This document shows, one piece after another, positions 6,560 to 11,850 of a stretch of 11,850 nucleotides of DNA (its first letter is position 1; each line of letters begins with the position of its first letter). The translations under genes and the position numbers were made by a program. A model generated the notes under the pieces. The model had not been told where the DNA came from. It made no database searches and saw only the letters and a program-made list of their open reading frames with translations. Source of the stretch: a virus (Duplodnaviria; Heunggongvirae; Uroviricota; Caudoviricetes); the IMG/VR virus record IMGVR_UViG_2623620491_000015, positions 1 through 11,850 of that record; one strand, 5' to 3'.

Positions 6560-6871
6560 ATGAAATTACGTGTCTGGCATATCCCGCAAGTACCTATGAA
6601 GCCGTTCATTGTAGAAGTGGCAAGTGTTGAAGAGGGTGTTCGCCTGATGGACGCACTGGCTGATTATGACGCCTTTCAGTATGACAACAACATCAAGCCT
6701 GATTACTGCAATGCTAACGGCCTTGAGATGTGGGATGAGAGCCTTACCGATGAAGATTTATCAGAGATGGGGCTTACTGATCGCTGGGTGGATTGGTACA
6801 GCGAATGCCAATGTTACGACGACCCACGTAAATATCTCGAAAGCCTGAAAGAAGAAACATCAGCCGCCTAA
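6560..6871 (+). CDS. Hypothetical acidic 103-aa protein
   Basis: ATG with GGAGG SD. Strongly acidic composition (many D/E, Trp-rich). Sits in the ea10/ral-equivalent position. Confidence 0.65.
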   Translation: MKLRVWHIPQVPMKPFIVEVASVEEGVRLMDALADYDAFQYDNNIKPDYCNANGLEMWDESLTDEDLSEMGLTDRWVDWYSECQCYDDPRKYLESLKEETSAA

Positions 6872-6946
6872 GCGCGGCTTTACCGCATACCAATAACGCT
6901 TCACTCGAGGCGTTTTCGTTATGCAATCAAATATAAGGAGTTACCC

Positions 6947-7081
6947 ATGATGCACTTTCAGCTCGCGGGTAGCGGCGTCATGTCCGCTTTCTACCCGCAC
7001 GAATCTGAATTATCACGCCGAGTTAAACAATTAATCAGAGCAGCAAAGAAACAACTGGAGGCGTTATGCGCAATGAAATAG
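6947..7081 (+). CDS. cIII: CIII-like FtsH-inhibitor peptide (44 aa)
   Basis: Not in the track (<60 aa). AAGGAG SD 7 nt upstream. MMHFQLAGSGVMSAFYPHESELSRRVKQLIRAAKKQLEAL resembles the lambda CIII core (AIAGWPVAGCPSESLLERITRKLRDGWKRL). Confidence 0.7.
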   Translation: MMHFQLAGSGVMSAFYPHESELSRRVKQLIRAAKKQLEALCAMK

Positions 7082-7218
7082 CCATTAATCACCAGATGCT
7101 TCGTGCGGCACAAAACAAAGCAGTAATAGCCAGATTTATTGGTGATTCAAAAATGTGGCTTGAAGCAAATAAAGCGATGAAATCAGCTATCAACCTTCCG
7201 TGGTATCGCAGGAAATGA
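7066..7218 (+). CDS. kil: Kil-like peptide (50 aa), putative host cell-division inhibitor
   Basis: Not in the track. GGAGG SD; the start overlaps the cIII-like 3' end. Motif ARFIGDSKMW resembles lambda Kil as I recall it. Synteny cIII then kil. Confidence 0.5.
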   Translation: MRNEIAINHQMLRAAQNKAVIARFIGDSKMWLEANKAMKSAINLPWYRRK

Positions 7219-7293
7219 GTTTTACAGATAACTGGTCAGACGAAGAATTCATTCGTCAGATGAAAGAATTAATCGGTAACGAAGGAGATATTC

Positions 7294-7464
7294 ATGTCAC
7301 TTGCAACCACAGTGAAGGAGAGCAAGTTACAGAGACGCATGTACACGCAGCAGGCGTTAATGTATCGCCAGAAGGGAGATCGTGAAGGTGTTCGCGTATT
7401 TTTAAATGCGGCAAAGACTGAAGTATTAAATCAGCGTTATTTCCTTGGGCCGTGTCCATTCTGA
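7294..7464 (+). CDS. Hypothetical 56-aa protein (Arf-like position upstream of the annealing protein)
   Basis: AAGGAG SD 6 nt upstream of the ATG. Plausible helical sequence MSLATTVKESKLQRRMYTQQALMYRQKGDREGVRVFLNAAKTEVLNQRYFLGPCPF. A competing ORF 7215..7385 in another frame is coupled to kil by ATGA. Confidence 0.5.
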   Translation: MSLATTVKESKLQRRMYTQQALMYRQKGDREGVRVFLNAAKTEVLNQRYFLGPCPF

Positions 7465-7472
7465 GGTGAATT

Positions 7473-8180
7473 ATGGATTTGAATAAATTCGATGAGCCAT
7501 TCAGCCCTGAAGATATCGAATGGCGAATACAGCAAAGCGGTAAAACACGCGATGGCAAAGTGTGGGCTATGGTGCTGGCTTATGTAACGAACCGGGCAAT
7601 CATGAAACGCCTGGACGATGTTTGCGGCAAAGCAGGATGGCGCAATGAATACCGCGATATTCCCAACAACGGCGGCGTTGAATGCGGCATATCAATAAAG
7701 ATTGATTCCGAATGGGTAACCAAATGGGATGCTGCTGAAAACACGCAGGTAGAAGCCGTCAAAGGTGGTCGTTCCGGTGCAATGAAGCGCGCTGCCGTTC
7801 AGTGGGGAATCGGTCGGTATCTGTATAACCTTGAGGAAGGTTTCGCACAAACATCTCTCGATAAAAAGCAGGGATGGCACAGGGCAAAACTCAAGGATGG
7901 AACAGGATTTTACTGGCTCCCTCCATCGCTGCCGGGATGGGCAATACCAGCATCAGATAACAAACCATCACCAGAAAATACCAACCAGAAATCTCCATCG
8001 GTTGACTGCGAACAAATCCTGAAAGACTTCAGCGATTATGCGTCAACAGAAACTGACAAGAAAAAACTCATCGAGCGTTATCAGCGTGACTGGCAATTAA
8101 TGGCTGGCAATGAGGAGGCGCAGGCTAAATGCGTTCAGGTAATGAACATCAGAGTTAACGAACTAAAACAGGCGGCATAA
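7473..8180 (+). CDS. Single-strand annealing protein, Rad52/Sak family
   Basis: 235 aa with Rad52-like motifs (RLDDVCGKAGW ... GAMKRAAVQWGIGRYLY). Directly precedes ssb. Confidence 0.7.
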   Translation: MDLNKFDEPFSPEDIEWRIQQSGKTRDGKVWAMVLAYVTNRAIMKRLDDVCGKAGWRNEYRDIPNNGGVECGISIKIDSEWVTKWDAAENTQVEAVKGGRSGAMKRAAVQWGIGRYLYNLEEGFAQTSLDKKQGWHRAKLKDGTGFYWLPPSLPGWAIPASDNKPSPENTNQKSPSVDCEQILKDFSDYASTETDKKKLIERYQRDWQLMAGNEEAQAKCVQVMNIRVNELKQAA

Positions 8181-8687
8181 ATGGCAAGCAGAGGCGTAAA
8201 TAAGGTGATTATCCTTGGTCGGGTAGGACAAGACCCGGAAGTTCGATACTCACCATCAGGTACAGCGTTCGCTAACCTGACAATAGCCACGTCAGAACAA
8301 TGGCGAGATAAAAATACTGGCGAGCAAAAGGAATTGACTGAATGGCATCGTGTTGCTGTATCCGGGAAACTGGCTGAGGTCGTGGGGCAGTATGTGAAAA
8401 AAGGTGATCAGATTTATTTCGAGGGAATGCTGAGAACCAGAAAGTGGAAAGACCAGTCAGGGCAAGACCGTTACACAACCGAGGTTCATGTCGGAATTAA
8501 TGGCGTGATGCAAATGCTTGGCGGCATTGGCGACAGCAAACAACAAGCAGCCAGCAGGCAATCACAGAAGCCACAGCAGCAATCATCACCAGCACAACAC
8601 AACGAACCTCCGATGGATTTTGACGACGATATACCCTTTGCACCAGTAACTCTCCCCTTCCCTCGTCACGCTATTCACGCAATTTAA
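8181..8687 (+). CDS. ssb: Single-stranded DNA-binding protein with a 15-aa extension after the DDDIPF motif
   Basis: OB-fold N-terminus ([23 protein letters not shown]...), Q/S-rich linker, then MDFDDDIPF followed by [15 protein letters not shown] before the stop. Confidence 0.85.
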   Translation: MASRGVNKVIILGRVGQDPEVRYSPSGTAFANLTIATSEQWRDKNTGEQKELTEWHRVAVSGKLAEVVGQYVKKGDQIYFEGMLRTRKWKDQSGQDRYTTEVHVGINGVMQMLGGIGDSKQQAASRQSQKPQQQSSPAQHNEPPMDFDDDIPFAPVTLPFPRHAIHAI

Positions 8688-8700
8688 TCAGGAGAAAATC

Positions 8701-8997
8701 ATGCCAGCGCCTCAGTATGGTGCGGATGACCCGCGCCGCTGTTCCGGCAATTCCGTATCGGAGGTGCTGGATAAATTCAGGAAAAACTACGACCGGATAA
8801 TGTCGCTACCGCAGGAAACGAAAGAGGAAAAGGAATTTCGCCATTGTATATGGCTTGCAGAGAAAGAAGAACGCGAGCGAATTTACCAGACATCAATCCG
8901 ACCATTCCGCAAAGCCACATATACCCACTTCCCTGAATATATCGACCCTCGCCTGCGTAATTACCGCTCACGCTATGGCGCTATCAGTAATGACTGA
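8701..8997 (+). CDS. Hypothetical protein (98 aa)
   Basis: ATG with AGGAG SD. Confidence 0.6.
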   Translation: MPAPQYGADDPRRCSGNSVSEVLDKFRKNYDRIMSLPQETKEEKEFRHCIWLAEKEERERIYQTSIRPFRKATYTHFPEYIDPRLRNYRSRYGAISND

Positions 8998-9007
8998 GGA
9001 ATTTACT

Positions 9008-9172
9008 ATGAGAGGACTTGCATACAATCCCGGCATTCTTCCGGCAGAAATGATTATTCGCCAACGCGTAAAGCCAATGCCATCGAGAGAGGAATTGCTT
9101 AAGAGAAATTCTTTTCAATCAGTAAATCAAAACAAATATCTGAATGCGATGTTGCGGAGTGGGAAGAAATGA
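9008..9172 (+). CDS. Hypothetical protein (54 aa)
   Basis: ATG at 9008 with GAGGA SD. The upstream part of track ORF 8855..9172 overlaps the previous gene and is discarded. Confidence 0.5.
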   Translation: MRGLAYNPGILPAEMIIRQRVKPMPSREELLKRNSFQSVNQNKYLNAMLRSGKK

Positions 9173-9645
9173 AACAAATGTCACTAATTGAGATGGATGG
9201 ATTCCTGAAAGGTAAATGCATCCCCCGAGATTTAAAGGTTAACGAAACAAACGCTGAATATCTGGTGCGTAAGTTCGGTGAACTTGAATCAAAACTAGAA
9301 ACGGCGTTGCGGGAGTGTCGTTCTGCTGGAATCACGATTGATAACCTTGAGGCCAAGTGCGCGGCGCTGGCTGCTGAAAAAGAGACATTTGCTGTCGAGT
9401 GTGCGGCCGCAAAAATCGCCATTGCATACCTGAAATCAGGACGACAGGATTTTTCGCTTAACACCCCAGCCACTGACGCTTTCCTGGCTGAAGTCCGGGC
9501 TAAGGCGTTTGATGACCTTTGCGCGGCGTTCGTTAAGCACGCGTCGGTGTCCGGGCTGGACGATGGCGACTGCGTTACGGTGAAAGAGGCGACTGACGCC
9601 CTGCTGCATTGTGCGGAACAGCTTCACGAGGGAGTGCATTCATGA
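9169..9645 (+). CDS. Hypothetical protein (158 aa)
   Basis: ATGA overlap with the upstream gene. Predicted helical, Ala-rich. Confidence 0.6.
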   Translation: MKQMSLIEMDGFLKGKCIPRDLKVNETNAEYLVRKFGELESKLETALRECRSAGITIDNLEAKCAALAAEKETFAVECAAAKIAIAYLKSGRQDFSLNTPATDAFLAEVRAKAFDDLCAAFVKHASVSGLDDGDCVTVKEATDALLHCAEQLHEGVHS

Positions 9646-9875
9646 GCAACCTACTACCATGTCCATTCTGTGGCGGCGCAGCGCACGTTGCCAGCGAAGC
9701 AGATCACCCTGAATATGGCTCTGGCGGTCGATTCTATTTCGTTCGATGCGGTACGTGTCGCGCTCAATCTGGTAGCAAATATGCAGCGCCTGGAAATGAC
9801 TGCGCGATTTTTTATTCAGAGGTTAGAGCAGAGTGGAATCAGCGAGCAAAGGAGGCAACCAGTGAGCCAGATTGA
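9642..9875 (+). CDS. lar: Lar-family restriction alleviation protein (zinc-ribbon)
   Basis: ATGA overlap with the upstream stop. [12 protein letters not shown] ... RCGTCR ... EWNQRA matches the Lar/RalR pattern (CPFCG ... C..C ... WN.R). Confidence 0.65.
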   Translation: MSNLLPCPFCGGAAHVASEADHPEYGSGGRFYFVRCGTCRAQSGSKYAAPGNDCAIFYSEVRAEWNQRAKEATSEPD

Positions 9876-10413
9876 TTATCAGGCACTGCGTGCTAAGGCA
9901 GAAAAAGCAACGTGTGGTGTGTGGTCGCTCGAATATGGAGAGAGCCGATTTGATTGTGATGATGCGCTAATTCATCGTGACGTTGTTGGATATCTTCCCA
10001 TTTGCAGAATTGAAGGAGCGCATCCAGAAAGCGGTTTCGATGAAGATTTCCAAATGGAACAGCAGGCCAATGCTGAATTCATCGCCGCAGCCAATCCGGC
10101 TACTGTGCTGGCATTACTGGATGAACGGGAAAGGAACCAGCAATACATCAAATCCCGCGACCAGGAGAACGAGGAGATTGCGTTAACGGTAGGGAAGTTG
10201 CGCGTTGAGCTTGAGGCAGAAAAACAGCGGGCAAAGGATCTGTTTATGGAAAATGCTCGGCTTAAGTCAGGTATAGCCGGTCTGATACACCTCGGTATTC
10301 GATATGCAGATGTTGAGGTCATGAGAATTGCTGGAGATGCCCAGCTTTCTACCCCATGCACTGACAGCATCATAAACAGCATTGCAACAGGCATTCGCAT
10401 CAAAGGAGAGTGA
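9862..10413 (+). CDS. Ead/Ea22-like protein
   Basis: GTG start with AAGGAGG SD 7 nt upstream. N-terminus SQIDYQALRAKAEKATCGVW is typical of the Ea22-like family. The part of the track ORF upstream of 9862 overlaps lar in another frame and is discarded. Confidence 0.65.
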   Translation: MSQIDYQALRAKAEKATCGVWSLEYGESRFDCDDALIHRDVVGYLPICRIEGAHPESGFDEDFQMEQQANAEFIAAANPATVLALLDERERNQQYIKSRDQENEEIALTVGKLRVELEAEKQRAKDLFMENARLKSGIAGLIHLGIRYADVEVMRIAGDAQLSTPCTDSIINSIATGIRIKGE

Positions 10414-10615
10414 TATGAGCAGGAATATGGGTTTGTAAAAGATAACGCTTGTGAAAATGCTGAATTTCGCGTCGTCTTCACAGCGATGCCAGAGTCTGTA
10501 GTGTCAGATGATGACCGTACTCAAACATCGGGTTGAGTATTATCTTACTGTTTCTTTACATAAACATTGCTGATACCGTTTAGCTGAAACGACATACATT
10601 TCAAGGAGTTTATAA

Positions 10616-10897
10616 ATGCGTATCAATGAGTTAGAGTCTGAGCAAAAAGATTGGGCGTTATCAATGTTGTGCAGATCCGGTGTCTTGTCTCCATGCAGAC
10701 ATCACGAAGGTGTTTATGTAGATGAAGGTATAGATATAGAGTCGGCATACAAATATTCAATGAAGGTTTATAAGTCTAATGAAGACAAATCCCCATTCTG
10801 CAATGTGCGAGAAATGACTGATACCGTGCAAAATTATTATCACGAGTACGGTGGAAACGATACTTGCCCTCTCTGTGCAAAACATATAGATGATTAA
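10616..10897 (+). CDS. Hypothetical Cys-rich 93-aa protein in an AT-rich island (moron-like)
   Basis: AAGGAG SD. Visibly AT-rich compared with flanking DNA. Cysteines include a C-terminal CPLC pair. Followed by an intrinsic terminator. Confidence 0.6.
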   Translation: MRINELESEQKDWALSMLCRSGVLSPCRHHEGVYVDEGIDIESAYKYSMKVYKSNEDKSPFCNVREMTDTVQNYYHEYGGNDTCPLCAKHIDD

Positions 10898-10917
10898 ACC
10901 AAATATTACATAACAAT

Positions 10918-10944
10918 CCTCGCACTCGCGGGGATTTCTTTTAT
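10918..10944 (+). terminator. Intrinsic terminator
   Basis: cctcgc-actc-gcgggg hairpin followed by ATTTCTTTTAT. Confidence 0.6.
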
Positions 10945-10985
10945 CTGAACTCGCTACGGCGGGTTTTGTTTTATGGAGATGATAA

Positions 10986-11153
10986 ATGCACTTCCGAGTC
11001 ACAGGTGAATGGAATGGAGAGCCATTCAACAGGGTTATCGAAGCAGAGAACATCAACGACTGCTATGACCACTGGATGCTATGGGCGCAGATAGCACATG
11101 CAGACGTAACCAATATTCGAATTGAAGAACTGAAAGAACACCAAGCCGCCTGA
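10986..11153 (+). CDS. Hypothetical protein (55 aa)
   Basis: Not in the track. ATG with GGAG upstream. The stop lies inside the terminator hairpin. Confidence 0.45.
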   Translation: MHFRVTGEWNGEPFNRVIEAENINDCYDHWMLWAQIAHADVTNIRIEELKEHQAA

Positions 11154-11168
11154 TGGCGGTTTTTTATT
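11146..11168 (+). terminator. Intrinsic terminator
   Basis: ccgcc-tgat-ggcgg hairpin followed by TTTTTTATT. Confidence 0.6.
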
Positions 11169-11179
11169 GGAGACAAGAA

Positions 11180-11524
11180 ATGTCAGATTTGGCTATGAAG
11201 GTTTTGAAATGGCAATCAACTGGCGATGTTGGCATCAGTAGCGCAACTCTTGCCTCAATCGCATGTGGCCTGAAAAAGAATATCTATGGTCATCACTTCG
11301 GCGCTCCCCATGACGCAGCAGACTTTCGGCGATGCGTTGCACTTGTTGAGCAGATTCCAGAAATCAGAGATTCATTCGACAAGGTTGCAAAGCGCGTTCC
11401 GGTATTCAAAGGCATCCTCAACGAATGGGATTCCCTCGTCGCTCTGTTGAAGTCTGAAATGAAGACGTACGGGAACAAAGCACCAGAGACTTACAGAAGA
11501 ATCAGCGAGCTACGCAAGGACTAA
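11180..11524 (+). CDS. Hypothetical protein (114 aa)
   Basis: ATG at 11180 with GGAGA SD. The 9-codon upstream extension in the track overlaps the terminator and is discarded. Confidence 0.6.
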   Translation: MSDLAMKVLKWQSTGDVGISSATLASIACGLKKNIYGHHFGAPHDAADFRRCVALVEQIPEIRDSFDKVAKRVPVFKGILNEWDSLVALLKSEMKTYGNKAPETYRRISELRKD

Positions 11525-11584
11525 CCACAGCCTCACACTCGATGAGGCCTGTTCATTGCTCAATGATATCCAGACCTACCATCG

Positions 11585-11607
11585 CCGCATCAATGCGGTT
11601 TTTTATT
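11585..11607 (+). terminator. Intrinsic terminator
   Basis: ccgcat-ca-atgcgg dyad followed by TTTTTTATT. Confidence 0.55.
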
Positions 11608-11649
11608 GCCTGATTTACAGGTTCGATTCCCTATTCGGAGATAGCACTC

Positions 11650-11850
11650 ATGCAACACGAACTACAGCCTGATTCACTGGTTGATTTGAAATTCATCATG
11701 GCCGATACTGGCTTCGGTAAGACCTTCATCTATGACCGGATTAAGTCCGGCGACCTGCCTAAAGCCAAAGTTATCCACGGGCGAGCAAGATGGTTATATC
11801 GTGACCATTGTGAATTCAAAAATAAGCTCTTAAGCCGCGCCAATGGGTAA
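11650..11850 (+). CDS. xis: Excisionase / AlpA-family DNA-binding protein
   Basis: 66 aa. FIYDRIKSGDLPKAKVIHGRARW is an AlpA/Xis-type winged-helix motif. The stop codon is the last three bases of the window; an integrase is expected just beyond. Confidence 0.7.
   Translation: MQHELQPDSLVDLKFIMADTGFGKTFIYDRIKSGDLPKAKVIHGRARWLYRDHCEFKNKLLSRANG

Noticed and set aside
6358-6848. Track ORFs 6358..6609 (-) and 6666..6848 (+)
   Set aside because: The first spans the terminator/hairpin interval antisense. The second is an alternative frame inside the acidic-protein gene.
7200-7214. GTG start at 7200 for track ORF 7200..7385
   Set aside because: No SD and it overlaps the kil 3' end. If this frame is real, the ATG at 7215 (ATGA-coupled) is the better start.
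7292-8478. Track ORFs 7292..7558 (-), 7580..7762 (-), 7692..7880 (-), 7831..8022 (+) and 8272..8478 (-)
   Set aside because: All lie within or antisense to the annealing-protein and ssb genes and have no translation signals.
8777-9639. Track ORFs 8777..8971 (-), 9099..9473 (-), 9436..9639 (-) and the 5' part of 8855..9172 (+)
   Set aside because: Antisense or alternative-frame overlaps of better-supported plus-strand genes in a tightly packed unidirectional operon.
9670-9861. Upstream portion of track ORF 9670..10413
   Set aside because: It overlaps lar in a different frame. Ea22-family homology and a perfect SD support the GTG start at 9862.
9972-10481. Minus-strand 169-aa ORF and plus-strand ORF 9977..10186 within the Ea22-like gene
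   Set aside because: Antisense or alternative frame, with Ser-rich low-complexity translation and no SD.
10757-11478. Track ORFs 10757..11056 (-) and 11293..11478 (-)
   Set aside because: Antisense to plus-strand genes with good SDs. The first would run through a plus-strand terminator.
11620-11630. GGTTCGATTCC, identical to the tRNA T-arm consensus, which could mark a tRNA-derived attachment core
   Set aside because: The flanking sequence does not form a T-stem or acceptor stem. It lies upstream of xis, whereas the att site is expected beyond the integrase outside the window. Most likely a chance match.

Overview
This window is the early control and replication region of a lambdoid (lambda/P22-type mosaic) enterobacterial prophage; nothing here looks like host chromosome. 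All identifications are from reading the sequence and recalling family motifs; no database search was run.

The minus strand carries the rightward early operon: cro, nutR, cII (with an antisense oop-like RNA and a PRE-like site), an extra 90-aa gene, an O/gp18-like replication initiator with an embedded iteron-like array, a DnaB-type helicase, a tR2-like terminator, then an HNH-AP2 homing endonuclease fused in frame to the first 32 codons of ninB, followed by a rebuilt ninB running off the left edge.

The plus strand carries the immunity repressor and the leftward early operon: cI (lambda-type C-terminal domain, non-lambda N-terminal HTH), terminator, OL/PL, a P22-type nutL and N, three accessory genes and a structured non-coding interval, cIII-like and kil-like peptides, a Rad52/Sak-type annealing protein plus SSB in place of the lambda Red genes, several small unknowns, Lar, Ea22-like, an AT-rich moron, and an AlpA-type excisionase ending exactly at the window edge.

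The most unusual items are the homing-endonuclease/ninB rearrangement, the SSB with a 15-residue extension past DDDIPF, and the accessory genes between N and cIII. I did not find a single clearly delineated novel multi-gene system; the candidates are flagged individually below.
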